A stretch of 64,000 nucleotides of DNA from an uncultured Thermoanaerobaculia bacterium (GTDB taxonomy: Bacteria; Acidobacteriota; Thermoanaerobaculia; Multivoradales; Multivoraceae). The notes below the pieces were generated by a model. It ran no database searches, was not told the DNA's origin, and worked only from the letters and a program-made list of their open reading frames with translations. The position numbers and the translations under genes were made by a program. This document shows, piece after piece, positions 50,227-59,836 of the stretch (the stretch's first letter is position 1; every line of letters starts with the position of its first letter). The stretch is from assembly GCA_951813015.1 (NCBI GenBank), contig CATOTG010000002.1, positions 487,475 to 551,474 on the forward strand, written 5' to 3'.

Positions 50227-52275
50227 ATGGGCCTCGGAACCACGGCGGCGCCTGCCGCGGCGCTCGTCGCCGCCGGCCTCGCCGTAGCGACCGCGGCAAC
50301 CGCCCAGGACCGCGACACGGACTGGAGGACGATCACCGGCGGCAACGATGCGCGCCGCTACGCCGCGCTCGATCAGATCGACGCCTCGAACTTCGCCGCG
50401 CTTGAACCCGCATGGCGCTGGCAACTGCCGGACAACGACCTGATGGCGCACGATCCTCGCTTCGAGGACGCGTCGATGAAGCAGCGGACCCACGTGACCA
50501 CGCCGATCAAGGTCGGCCACCGTCTCCATGTCGTCACCGGCTACGGCATCGCCGCCGCGATCGACCCGGCCGAGGGCACGACGATCTGGCAGCACGACCC
50601 GCAGAGCTACGGCCACGGGCGACCGACGAACCACGGCTTCACCCACAAGGGCCCGAGCCTCTGGCGCGATCCGGAGCGTCCCGAGGCGCCCGGCCGCCTG
50701 ATCTACGCCAGCACGGACGCAATCCTGCGCGCCGTCCACGCGGACGAGGGCACGCCGGTTCGCTCCTTCGGCAACCACGGCGGCGTCGACCTCACTGCCG
50801 GCCTGCACCGGCCGGTCGAGCGCCGCAAGTACACCGTCAGTTCGCCGGCGACCATCTGCCGAGACGTGGCGATCGTCGGATCGTCCATCTCCGACGGTCC
50901 GCTCGGTCCCGACGATGGACCGCCCGGCGACGTCCGCGGCTTCGACGTGCGGACCGGCCGGCAACTCTGGACCTTCCACTCCGTGCCGCAGGAGGGGGAA
51001 GTCGGAACCGACACCTGGGAGGACGAGTCCTGGCGCATCACCGGCGGCGCCAACGTCTGGGGCTTGATGAGCGCCGACGAGGAGCTCGGCCTCGCCTACC
51101 TGCCGACCAGCACGCCGACCAACGACTGGTACGGCGGCCACCGCCGCGGCGACAACCTGTTCGCCGAGAGCCTGGTCGCCGTCGACTGCGAGACGGGCGA
51201 GCGCCGCTGGCACTTCCAGGCCATTCACCACGGCCTCTGGGACTACGACTTCGCCGCCCCGGCCGTCCTCGGCGACATCGAAGTCGACGGTCGCCCGGTC
51301 AAGGCGGCCATGCTGCCGAGCAAGCAGGCGTTCCTCTACGTCTTCGACCGGGAGACCGGGGCGCCCGTGTGGCCGATCGAGGAGCGGCAGGCGCCGCAAA
51401 CCGGCATTCCCGGCGAGCAGACCTCGCCCACCCAACCCTTCCCCACGAAGCCACCGCCCTTCGACCGCCAGGGCATGCAGCTCGCCGACGTGATCGATTT
51501 CACCCCCGAAGTCCGCAGCGAAGCGCAACGCATCCTGACCTCGCACCAGTACGGCCCGATCTTCACGCCGCCCAGCGAGCGCGGCACCGTCGCCATGCCC
51601 GGCTTCGAGGGCGGCGCGAGCTGGCCCGGCGGCGCCTTCGACCCGGACACGGGCAAGCTCTACGTGCCGTCCTTCACTGCGCCCATCCTGATCACGCTGA
51701 GACGTCCCGACCCGAACCGCTCCTCCTTCGACTTCGTCGCCAGGGTCTCGGGGTTCCACGGCCCCTTCGACCTGCCGATCTCCCAGCCGCCCTGGTCGCG
51801 GGTCACCGCCTACGACATGAGCCGCGGCGACATCGCCTGGCAGGTCCCGCTCGGCGAGGGGCCGCGCCGGCATCCGAAGCTCGCCGGTCTCGACCTGCCG
51901 CTCCTGGGCTCAGGCGTCCGCGGGCACGCCCTGGTCACGAAGACGCTGCTCATCGTGAGTTCCGGCCACTCACGCTCGTTCCGTGCCCAGGAGGCGAAGG
52001 CCGAACGCGAGTGGAACGAGCAGCCCGAGGAGGTCACCGGCGGCCTTGCCTGGACCAATCCGAGGTCGGCCGCGCGCGAGGACTGGCGCTACACCGTCCC
52101 GACGCTCCGCGCCTTCGACAAGGCAACCGGCGAACTCGTCGGCGAGGTCGAACTGCCGGCGCACTCGGACGGCAGCCCGGTCACCTACCTGCACCGCGGC
52201 GTGCAGTACGTCGTCGTGTCCATCGGCGGCCGCGGCGAACCGTTCGAGCTGATCGCGTACCGGCTGCCGGGGTAG
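50227..52275 (+). CDS. PQQ-dependent dehydrogenase (glucose/quinate family, exported)
   Basis: PPGDVRGFDVRTG, GGANVWG..SADEELG, HHGLWDYD, GGASWPG, PVTY. Confidence 0.93.
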   Translation: MGLGTTAAPAAALVAAGLAVATAATAQDRDTDWRTITGGNDARRYAALDQIDASNFAALEPAWRWQLPDNDLMAHDPRFEDASMKQRTHVTTPIKVGHRLHVVTGYGIAAAIDPAEGTTIWQHDPQSYGHGRPTNHGFTHKGPSLWRDPERPEAPGRLIYASTDAILRAVHADEGTPVRSFGNHGGVDLTAGLHRPVERRKYTVSSPATICRDVAIVGSSISDGPLGPDDGPPGDVRGFDVRTGRQLWTFHSVPQEGEVGTDTWEDESWRITGGANVWGLMSADEELGLAYLPTSTPTNDWYGGHRRGDNLFAESLVAVDCETGERRWHFQAIHHGLWDYDFAAPAVLGDIEVDGRPVKAAMLPSKQAFLYVFDRETGAPVWPIEERQAPQTGIPGEQTSPTQPFPTKPPPFDRQGMQLADVIDFTPEVRSEAQRILTSHQYGPIFTPPSERGTVAMPGFEGGASWPGGAFDPDTGKLYVPSFTAPILITLRRPDPNRSSFDFVARVSGFHGPFDLPISQPPWSRVTAYDMSRGDIAWQVPLGEGPRRHPKLAGLDLPLLGSGVRGHALVTKTLLIVSSGHSRSFRAQEAKAEREWNEQPEEVTGGLAWTNPRSAAREDWRYTVPTLRAFDKATGELVGEVELPAHSDGSPVTYLHRGVQYVVVSIGGRGEPFELIAYRLPG

Positions 52276-52368
52276 TCCGCCCGTCGGTGTGCCAGCCAAG
52301 GGCCGGCGCCGAGGGTCGGATGCCGGCCGGAAGGCCGGGCGCCGAGGGTCGATACAACGATGGCGAAA

Positions 52369-53610
52369 CTACTCGGTCGGCCAGGGCGTCCCCAGGTCTT
52401 CCTCCGGCGTCGGCCGCATGCCGAGGTTCACGAACTTCTGGAGCCGCTTCCCCTCGTAAGTCTCCGTCGTGTAGATGTTGCCGCTGGAGTCCGTCGCGAT
52501 GCTGTGGACGGCGAAGAACTGCCCGGGCTGGCGGCCGCCGTCGCCGAAGGCGTAGAGGACCTCCATGCTCTCGCGCTCGATCACGTAGACCTTCATGTTC
52601 TGGCCGTCGGCCAGGTAGAGGAACTTCTGCCCCTCGTCCGGCGAGAAGGCGACGTCCCACGTCGAGCCCTGGGACAGGGTCTCGGGGGCGATGAACACTT
52701 CGTCGACGTAGGCGCCGTCGGCCTGGAACACCTGGATGCGATCAGCGGCCCGATCGCAGACGTAGAGCAGGCCGTCGGCGGAGATGTCGGCGCAGTGGAC
52801 CGGACCGCGGAACTGGGTCGCGGGCGGATCGCCGGGCGCGTACTGGCCGAGGTCCAGTTCGTCGTCCGGGGCCTCGCCGTAGGCGCCCCAGTAGCGCTTG
52901 AACTCGCCGGTGTCGGCGTCGATCACGACGACGCGGCGGTTGAAGTAGCCGTCCGCGACATAGACCTCGTTCGCCTTCGCGTCGACGGAGAGCTTCGCGA
53001 CCCGGCCGAAGTTCTCCATGTCGTGGCTGTCGCGCACGAACCGCGGCTCGTCCTCGCCCGCGCCCTCGTTGACCCGGGCGTTCGCCTTCCCGACCTGCAT
53101 CAGGAACTCGCCGTCTCGCGTGAACTTGAGGACGTGCGAATCGCCGCCGCCGTTGCCGCCGATCCACACGTTGTCCATGTGGTCGACGAGGATGCCGTGG
53201 TTGGAGCTCGGCCATTCGTACTCGCCGCTCTCGCTCGGCCCGCCCCAGTGGCCGACCAGGTTGCCGTCCGGATCGAACTCGAGCACCGGCGGCGCCGGGA
53301 TGCAGCACTCGGAGAGAGGCGGATCCTGCGCCGCGCCGATCTCGTTGATCGCGCCGAAGGCTTCCGGCGTGTTCCGATGAACGATCCAGACGTGATCGCG
53401 GGAATCGACCGCGACGCCGATCGCCGGGCCGAGGATCCAGTGGTTCGGCAGCGGCTTCGGCCAGAACGGATCGACCTCGAAGCGCGGCGCCATCGGTCCG
53501 TCGCCGGCGATGTCGGCGGCCTCGGCACCGCCGTAGCCGTCACAAGCGCCGAGAACGAGAGCGAAGGCTGCCGCGCAGCCAAGAGCGCAAGGGAGACGGT
53601 TAGATGTCAT
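52369..53610 (-). CDS. NHL-repeat lipoprotein, peptidyl-alpha-hydroxyglycine lyase (PAL)-like
   Basis: Lipobox VLGAC, FEVDPFWPKPLP, NHGI.VD, ADGYFNRRV, PVHC..CDR..DRIQVF, VHSIATD. Confidence 0.85.
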   Translation of the reverse strand: MTSNRLPCALGCAAAFALVLGACDGYGGAEAADIAGDGPMAPRFEVDPFWPKPLPNHWILGPAIGVAVDSRDHVWIVHRNTPEAFGAINEIGAAQDPPLSECCIPAPPVLEFDPDGNLVGHWGGPSESGEYEWPSSNHGILVDHMDNVWIGGNGGGDSHVLKFTRDGEFLMQVGKANARVNEGAGEDEPRFVRDSHDMENFGRVAKLSVDAKANEVYVADGYFNRRVVVIDADTGEFKRYWGAYGEAPDDELDLGQYAPGDPPATQFRGPVHCADISADGLLYVCDRAADRIQVFQADGAYVDEVFIAPETLSQGSTWDVAFSPDEGQKFLYLADGQNMKVYVIERESMEVLYAFGDGGRQPGQFFAVHSIATDSSGNIYTTETYEGKRLQKFVNLGMRPTPEEDLGTPWPTE

Positions 53611-53786
53611 CGTTGCTCGGTCGTGGGTCATGCAGCTCGGTCCATTGTCAGGTCACTCCGTCCAGTCATCGTGGGGCGATTCCGTGTCACGCGGACCCAC
53701 CCAGTCGTTGGATCCATCCTCGTCCGCGACCTTTCGCGGTTCCTGCAGCACACCAAGGAGGTCGCGTCAGTGTACAACGGTGCTCA

Positions 53787-53945
53787 GCGGGAAAACGGCA
53801 AGCCGTTTCCCGCCGGACCTTGGAAACCGGCAGACCGGTTCCCACAGCTACCGCAGCCTTGACGACTGCTCGCCTCTCGGACGGCCTCCGACAGGGACCA
53901 GAATCCACCCGGCAAAGGTACAGGTGGGCCGGTTAGCATTCCCCG
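53787..53945. mobile_element. Possible IS end remnant (paired hairpins)
   Basis: gcgggaaaacggc-aa-gccgtttcccgc and tggaaaccgg-caga-ccggttccca..cagc, like the gtggaaaac..ttcccacag motifs found near IS ends; no transposase present. Confidence 0.3.
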
Positions 53946-54012
53946 CCTGAACCGCATCCGTTCCAACGCTTCTCCCGGATCTCTTCCTGCCGGGGCCCTC
54001 CGCGCCATCGCG

Positions 54013-55368
54013 TTGCTGCTCCTCGCCGCCGGGCCCGCCGCAGCCCACGAGGTTCCGGGCAGCGTCACCGTCCAGGTCCTCGTCCGGCAGCAGGACGACC
54101 GGCTCCGGATCCTCGTCCGCACGCCACTCGAGGCGATGCAGGAGATGCAGTTTCCCGTCGACGTCCGCGGCATCCTCGACCTTGAGGAGGTCCGAGCGAG
54201 CGGCCTTCTGACGGAGGCGGCCAATCGCTGGATCACCCCCAACCTCGATCTGTTCGCAGGCGACGCCAAACTGCCGGCCGCAACTGTCCGCGCCGTCCGG
54301 CTGTCGATCCCCTCCGACCGCTCGTTCACGGACTCGGCCAGCGCCCTCGAGCACATCCGCGGACCGCCGCTTCCGGCGACCACGCAGCTCGTCTGGAAGC
54401 AGGCGCTCCTCGACGTGCTGCTCGAGACGCCGCTCGACGCCGGGTCCCCACGGCGATTCTCCATCGACACGCGCTTCGGCCGCCTGGGCCTGCGCGTTCT
54501 GGTCGTCATTCGGTACGAATCGCGGGACGGCGATTCACGAGTACTCCAGCTCGCCGCCGAGCCCGGCCGGGTCCGGCTCGATCCCAACCGGGCCCAGGCC
54601 GGTTTCCACTTCGTCGCGATGGGCTTCGAGCACATCCTCGGCGGTCTTGACCACCTGCTTTTCCTGATCTGCCTGGTCGCCCCGCTGCGCAAGCTCCGCC
54701 AACTGATCCTCGTCGTCACCTCGTTCACGGTCGCCCACTCGATCACCCTGATCGCCTCCGCCGCCGGCCTGGCGCCGCGGGCCTTGTGGTTTCCCGCTCT
54801 CGTCGAGACCCTGATCGCACTCTCCATCGTCTACATGGCGTTCGAGAACATCCTCGGCATCGGCCAGGAACGTCGCTGGACCGCCGCCTTCGGCTTCGGC
54901 CTCGTCCACGGCTTCGGCTTCTCCTTCGCCCTCAGCGAGTCGCTCCAGTTCGCCGGCGCCCATCTCGTGACCTCGCTGCTCGCCTTCAACGTCGGTGTCG
55001 AACTCGGCCAGCTCCTGGTCCTGCTGCTCCTGATTCCCCTGCTCGACTTCGTCTTCCGCCGCCTCCCCAACGAGCGGCTCGGGATCATCCTCATCTCCGC
55101 CCTGATCGTCCACACCGCCTGGCACTGGACCGGTGAGCGGGGCTTGGACCTGCTGCAGTACCGGCCCCTGGCACCGCTCCTGGATCCGATTCCCGACGGC
55201 GTCCTGCCATGGGCTCTGGCGATTGCGGCGGCCGCGTTTCCCACCAGCCAGTGGCTGCGCCGACGCCGACGCGCCGTTACCGCACCGCGTCGGCGAGCGC
55301 AGCGACCACCGCCGAGCGGTGTCGACTCCACTCGCGGCTGGTCGCGTCGGGCCAGGCGCTGTGAGTGA
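54013..55368 (+). CDS. HupE/UreJ family membrane protein
   Basis: GFEHILGGLDHLLFL, TSFTVAHSITL, FGLVHGFGF, FNVGVELGQ; start uncertain. Confidence 0.9.
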   Translation: MLLLAAGPAAAHEVPGSVTVQVLVRQQDDRLRILVRTPLEAMQEMQFPVDVRGILDLEEVRASGLLTEAANRWITPNLDLFAGDAKLPAATVRAVRLSIPSDRSFTDSASALEHIRGPPLPATTQLVWKQALLDVLLETPLDAGSPRRFSIDTRFGRLGLRVLVVIRYESRDGDSRVLQLAAEPGRVRLDPNRAQAGFHFVAMGFEHILGGLDHLLFLICLVAPLRKLRQLILVVTSFTVAHSITLIASAAGLAPRALWFPALVETLIALSIVYMAFENILGIGQERRWTAAFGFGLVHGFGFSFALSESLQFAGAHLVTSLLAFNVGVELGQLLVLLLLIPLLDFVFRRLPNERLGIILISALIVHTAWHWTGERGLDLLQYRPLAPLLDPIPDGVLPWALAIAAAAFPTSQWLRRRRRAVTAPRRRAQRPPPSGVDSTRGWSRRARRCE

Positions 55369-56515
55369 CGATGACGGTGTTCGCGGCCGGGTTGATCCAC
55401 AGCATCTGGCCGAAGATACCCCTCCCGGCGTAACCCTCGCCCTGATCCAGCCACCAGAGGTAGCCGTAGCCGTCGTAGCCGGCGCCTGGACTGGTCGAGT
55501 CCGCCATCCAGGCCTCGGGCAGCACCCGGGCGCCGTCGCGCAGGACGCCGCCGTTCATCGCGAAGATGCCGATGCGGGCGTAGTCGCGCAGCGTGGCGCT
55601 GATGCAGCAGCCGCCGAGTTCGCCGCCGCCCGGTTCGTGAGTCACCCAGTTCGCGTCCGCTTCCATCCCGAACGGCCCCCAGATCTTGTGCTCCAGGTAG
55701 GTCGAGAGGTTGTTGCCGATCGCTGCCCGCAGCACCGCGCCCGCCATGTTCGTCTCGCCGGTGTTGTAGTTGAACACCTCACCTGGCCGATGCTCCCGCT
55801 CTAGTGCGGCCATGTACCGGGCCTGCTCGACAAGCGGGGACGGCAGCGTCGCCACATCGGATTCCGGGTCGGCATAGTCCTCGTTCCACTGGACTCCGGA
55901 GGCCATCTGCAACACGTTGCGGATCGACACGCCGTCGTAACCGCCGCCGGCCAGGAGGGGAAGGTACTTCGTGACCGGCTCGTCGACGCTGCCGATGTAG
56001 CCGTCGACGATTGCCGCGCCGTAGAGCATCGAGACGACGGACTTGGCGATCGAGAATGAAATCCAGCGAGAGTTCTCGTCGTTGCCGAGGCCGTACCGCT
56101 CGAAGACGATCTCGTCGTCCTTGACGACGAGGAGACCGGCAATCCTGCGGTCCCGGATGTAGTCCTCGACGGTGAAGGTCTCGCCTTCCACCTCGTACGT
56201 GACCGACGACAGATCCCGCGGCGCGGACGCCAACGGATAGGGCCCGTCGGAGGCTCTGATCCAGCGCGTCTCGCTGATCTGGTCGATGTTCCGGTAGCCC
56301 GCGACCTGCTGCTCCGGAGTCCAGAAGAGGATCTCGCCGCGCTCTCCGAAGTTCTCCGCATCCGGATTGACCGCCTCGGCGGCCTCCGAAGCGGTATCCA
56401 CCGCAGGCCCGGCGCAGCCGAGCAACGCCAGCACGATGGCCGTGACCACGGCGACCGCCGACCATCTGCACCGTGCCGGCGCCGTCAGGATCCAATCCGC
56501 CTTCATTCGAGTCAT
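55277..56515 (-). CDS. Serine hydrolase, beta-lactamase/NylB-like lipoprotein
   Basis: SIAK (SxxK), FNYNTG, LRDYARIG, YGYLWW, GIFGQ; lipobox LLGC. Confidence 0.92.
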   Translation of the reverse strand: MTRMKADWILTAPARCRWSAVAVVTAIVLALLGCAGPAVDTASEAAEAVNPDAENFGERGEILFWTPEQQVAGYRNIDQISETRWIRASDGPYPLASAPRDLSSVTYEVEGETFTVEDYIRDRRIAGLLVVKDDEIVFERYGLGNDENSRWISFSIAKSVVSMLYGAAIVDGYIGSVDEPVTKYLPLLAGGGYDGVSIRNVLQMASGVQWNEDYADPESDVATLPSPLVEQARYMAALEREHRPGEVFNYNTGETNMAGAVLRAAIGNNLSTYLEHKIWGPFGMEADANWVTHEPGGGELGGCCISATLRDYARIGIFAMNGGVLRDGARVLPEAWMADSTSPGAGYDGYGYLWWLDQGEGYAGRGIFGQMLWINPAANTVIVTHSAWPDATSREWSRHRSAVVAALADAVR

Positions 56516-56586
56516 CCTTCATCGCCCTCCCGGTTCGCAGTCCACTCATCGTACCGCCGACCCAAGATAGGCTGACGTCGGTTCCG

Positions 56587-57663
56587 ATGAACGACCGACG
56601 ACGCGCCGCCGAACCAGGTCCCGCCACACTCGCCTCGGTCCACTCAGCCAGGGGCGGTGACGCCGTTCACGAACTCTTCGAGGCCCGCGGCTGGACCGAC
56701 GGCCTGCCGATCACGCCGCCGACACCGGAGCGGGTGGCGGCCGCCCTCGGTGCGGCCTTGTTCGAGCCCGCGCAGGTGCTTGGAGTCGAGACGGTCCGCG
56801 GACGCGCGATCACCGCGCAGAAGGCGGCAATCAACGCGGTGATGGCTGGCTGCCGCCCGCGCGATTTCGCGGTCGTCGCCGCAGCGGTCGAAGCGATGTG
56901 CGACCCGGACTTTCTGCTGCACGGCGCCACCTCGAGCACCGGCGGCTGCGCGGTGCTCGTCATCGTGAACGGTCCGATCCGCCGGGAGCTCGCCATGACC
57001 GGCACGTTCAACGTCCTGGGCGGCGCCGACCGGGCCTCGCTCGCGATCGGGCGGGCACTGCGCCTCATCCTCCGCAATCTGCTCGGCGTCCGGCCCGGCG
57101 AGCTCGACCGCTCCACGCTGGGGCATCCCGGCAAGCTCGGCTACTGCCTGGCCGAGGACGAGGAGGGCTCGCCCTGGCCGTCGCTGGCAACGGAGCGCGG
57201 AGCGCCGGACGGCAGTTCGACCGTGACCGTGTTCGCAGCCGGGGCGCCGCGGCAGATCATGAACGAGTGGACGACGGCGCCGGAAGCGATTCTCGACACG
57301 ATAGCGGCCGAGCTGCGCGCCAACCTTCTCCACTACTCGATCTGGGCCGGCAACCACTGCCTCGTCCTGCCGCCACAGTTGCGCGACCGCTTCACCTCTG
57401 CCGGCTGGAGCAAGGCGGACATCCAGGACTACCTGCACCGGAACGCGCGGGTCCGGCGCGGCGATTGGGAACGGGTCGGCAAGGCGGCCGTCGTGACCGA
57501 CGCGAACCGGGACCAGGAGTACGGAGCGCTCCAGTCGCCGGAAGACCTGCTGGTCATCGCCGCCGGTGGTCCCGCCGGCGGCTTCGCGGCCGTCATTCCA
57601 CCATGGTTCGGCAACAAGTCACGGGCAGTGACCGCGGGCGTCGGCTTCTGTCTGGAGTGCTGA
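56587..57663 (+). CDS. Conserved protein with TDGLP..PPT motif (UGSC-associated family), C-terminal CxxC
   Basis: GWTDGLPITPPT, AINAVMAGC, IVNGPI, IGRALRL, STLGHPGK..CLAEDEE.SPW. Confidence 0.8.
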   Translation: MNDRRRAAEPGPATLASVHSARGGDAVHELFEARGWTDGLPITPPTPERVAAALGAALFEPAQVLGVETVRGRAITAQKAAINAVMAGCRPRDFAVVAAAVEAMCDPDFLLHGATSSTGGCAVLVIVNGPIRRELAMTGTFNVLGGADRASLAIGRALRLILRNLLGVRPGELDRSTLGHPGKLGYCLAEDEEGSPWPSLATERGAPDGSSTVTVFAAGAPRQIMNEWTTAPEAILDTIAAELRANLLHYSIWAGNHCLVLPPQLRDRFTSAGWSKADIQDYLHRNARVRRGDWERVGKAAVVTDANRDQEYGALQSPEDLLVIAAGGPAGGFAAVIPPWFGNKSRAVTAGVGFCLEC

Positions 57664-57789
57664 AGGAGCGTCTGGCGCTGCAGAACCGGCGCTCCTCGCC
57701 GGATGCCGGCGGGACGCCGACGCACCCGGTTTCTGCGGTGACGGGGACGCTCCCCGATCTGGGCGCCCTCACCGGACTCACGCAGACGC

Positions 57790-58338
57790 TCAGGGGCCGC
57801 AAGGCGCGCTGAACAGCCGGTCCAGCGCCGCCGCGGACACGAGACCGCGGTAGCGTGCGCAGACCTGTCCGCTCTCCAGGCGCACGACGAAGACCGCGTC
57901 TTCCTGGTCCTCGCCGACGCCTTCGGAACCGGCGAGGGCGCGCCACGCGTCGGCGCCTTCCTCGACGACCAGGAAGCTGCCGTGGCGTTCAGCCGGCGCC
58001 TCGCCGCGCAGACCGCGCACGACGAGCCGGCGGATCATCCGCGGAGCGCCTTCGAGCACCACGACGGAGTAGACGGACCAACCACCCGTCCGGTCGTCTT
58101 CGTCGAGGGCGGCGCGCCAGGCCCGTCCACTGCCGTTCGCCGCGCGGTGAAAGCTCGCGACGAAGAGGCTGCGCGGCGCCAGGCCCACAAGCCCCGCCAC
58201 TTCACGCCCATCCAGGGTGACCGCGCGCAGCCGGCCAGCCGCTTCGCCAGAGGGGTCGTCTTCCGAGTACGCGGCCGACACCAACGCGACGGCGAGGGCC
58301 GATGCGAGGGCCGCGGCGCCCAGGCGGCGCCGCCTCAT
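57790..58338 (-). CDS. Exported hypothetical protein (thioredoxin-like fold possible)
   Basis: Signal peptide; ATGA overlap with the methyltransferase stop. Confidence 0.6.
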   Translation of the reverse strand: MRRRRLGAAALASALAVALVSAAYSEDDPSGEAAGRLRAVTLDGREVAGLVGLAPRSLFVASFHRAANGSGRAWRAALDEDDRTGGWSVYSVVVLEGAPRMIRRLVVRGLRGEAPAERHGSFLVVEEGADAWRALAGSEGVGEDQEDAVFVVRLESGQVCARYRGLVSAAALDRLFSAPCGP

Positions 58339-59282
58339 TCCGCTTTCCGGAAGCGCATGACCCTGTACTGCTTGATGCGGGCGAAGTGTTCCGGGTCGAC
58401 GAGCCGGTCGAGCCGGTCGAGCCGGCCCGTGAGCGGCCGCGCCAGTCGCCATCCGGCCCCGGCCAACCGCGGGAACCGCCGCGTGGAGGCCTCACGCAGC
58501 AGACACACGGCGCCGCGGCCGAAGCGGTCGAGCATCGCCCGCGCAAGCCGCAACATCGGAAGGACGGATTCGGTCACGTCCTCGTCGATCTCGAGAACGA
58601 GCCCGCTGGCCTCGGCCCGAGCCAGGAACTCGTCCAGCGGGTGGCCGCTCCTTGAGCTCTCGCTGCCGTCCGGGGAGGTAACGAAGTAGTCGCACAGCAG
58701 CATGTGCCCACCCGGGGTCAGCGACCGCAGTACAGCCTCGAACAGCTCCTCCAGCCACACGTACTGCGCCGACTCGCAGAGGAACAGGAGGTCGTAGCGT
58801 CGGTCCGGCTCGAACTCCTGAAGGCGCCCCAGGTGAAAGCGCCGATCCGGAAGCCGCGACGCGAACAACTCACCATGGTAGGGATCGGGAGACAGGCCCT
58901 CGACGTCGTAGCCGAGAGCGGCCAGCCGTTCCGCGATCACGCCGGTTCCGCAGCCAACGTCGAGCACCGAGGAGACACCCGGCGGCATCAGCTCGAACAG
59001 ACGCGCGACCAGTCGCTCCTGGGCGCGGCGGAGCCCCGCCAGGTCGAGCGGGTCGCCAGCGCTCCACATTCCGAAGTTCAGGTACTCGAGCCCCACGATC
59101 CGGTGCAGGAACTGGAGCGCGATGCTGGTCTTGACCTGACGCGGGCTACCGCTGTCCGTTGCCTGGCGAAACAACTGGCGCCCTTGAGGCGCGGATGGCC
59201 AGCGGCGGCCCCGCGTCGGCGCCGAAGCGGCGTCAGGAGTAGCGCTCGGACGCGGCGACGGTGGCACGATGCGCAGACTCAC
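58335..59282 (-). CDS. Class I SAM-dependent methyltransferase; start uncertain
   Basis: [33 protein letters not shown]. Confidence 0.88.
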   Translation of the reverse strand: MSLRIVPPSPRPSATPDAASAPTRGRRWPSAPQGRQLFRQATDSGSPRQVKTSIALQFLHRIVGLEYLNFGMWSAGDPLDLAGLRRAQERLVARLFELMPPGVSSVLDVGCGTGVIAERLAALGYDVEGLSPDPYHGELFASRLPDRRFHLGRLQEFEPDRRYDLLFLCESAQYVWLEELFEAVLRSLTPGGHMLLCDYFVTSPDGSESSRSGHPLDEFLARAEASGLVLEIDEDVTESVLPMLRLARAMLDRFGRGAVCLLREASTRRFPRLAGAGWRLARPLTGRLDRLDRLVDPEHFARIKQYRVMRFRKAE

Positions 59283-59309
59283 TGGTCGGTCAGTCTACAG
59301 CGCCCGCGC

Positions 59310-59467
59310 GCAACGGTAAGGAGTCCTTCGAGACGACGGTCGACCTCGTGGCCGGCGATCACTTGCCAAGAACCGAGGACTGGCCCGACATGCCGGTCAT
59401 GCGGCACGGCTTCGAGCTGCGGCCGTTCGACTTCTTCGACCGCAACCCGGCGCTCGATTTCCCCTGA
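59310..59467 (+). pseudogene. Copper amine oxidase C-terminal fragment
   Basis: [13 protein letters not shown]...[16 protein letters not shown] is the conserved end of TynA-type oxidases. Confidence 0.75.
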
Positions 59468-59695
59468 GTCCGGCCCGGCCGGCGTTACACTTCTGTCGCA
59501 CCCTTGGCCGTGGCCGAACAGGAATGTTCGGCCACGAACCCGGGCCAGCATCCTGACCCCGGAACCGCCGGTCACCCGCTACTTCTTCGCCGCACCCTCG
59601 ATTCGCCGCAAACCCGTGCCCGCTCACGGGTTTGCACGCGTTGCGGCCTGCCTCGCGCCGGCGCCTTCCGGCGATCGTCAGGCGCCCGCCCTCAC

Positions 59696-59712
59696 TTGGC
59701 ACGGTTCTGGAT
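59696..59712 (+). promoter_or_regulatory. Possible sigma54 promoter for amtB-glnK
   Basis: TTGGCACGGTTCTGGAT: perfect -24 TGGCACG, non-canonical -12 (GA for GC); upstream of nitrogen genes. Confidence 0.4.
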
Positions 59713-59836
59713 ACGGGGATAGGGGAGCAGACAAGCCTGGGCGTCAGTTCCGGAAACCTGACCCCGGTTGCTCTCCAAACGTGGAGCGGGCCGGGATGAT
59801 CAGCCTGGCGGATCAAAACGAAGAGGAGGGACTCGT

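Noticed and set aside
52298..52352. Two ~21-bp repeats (ggcgccgagggtcg core) between convergent genes
   Set aside because: Too short and only two copies; counted only as part of the general duplication pattern.
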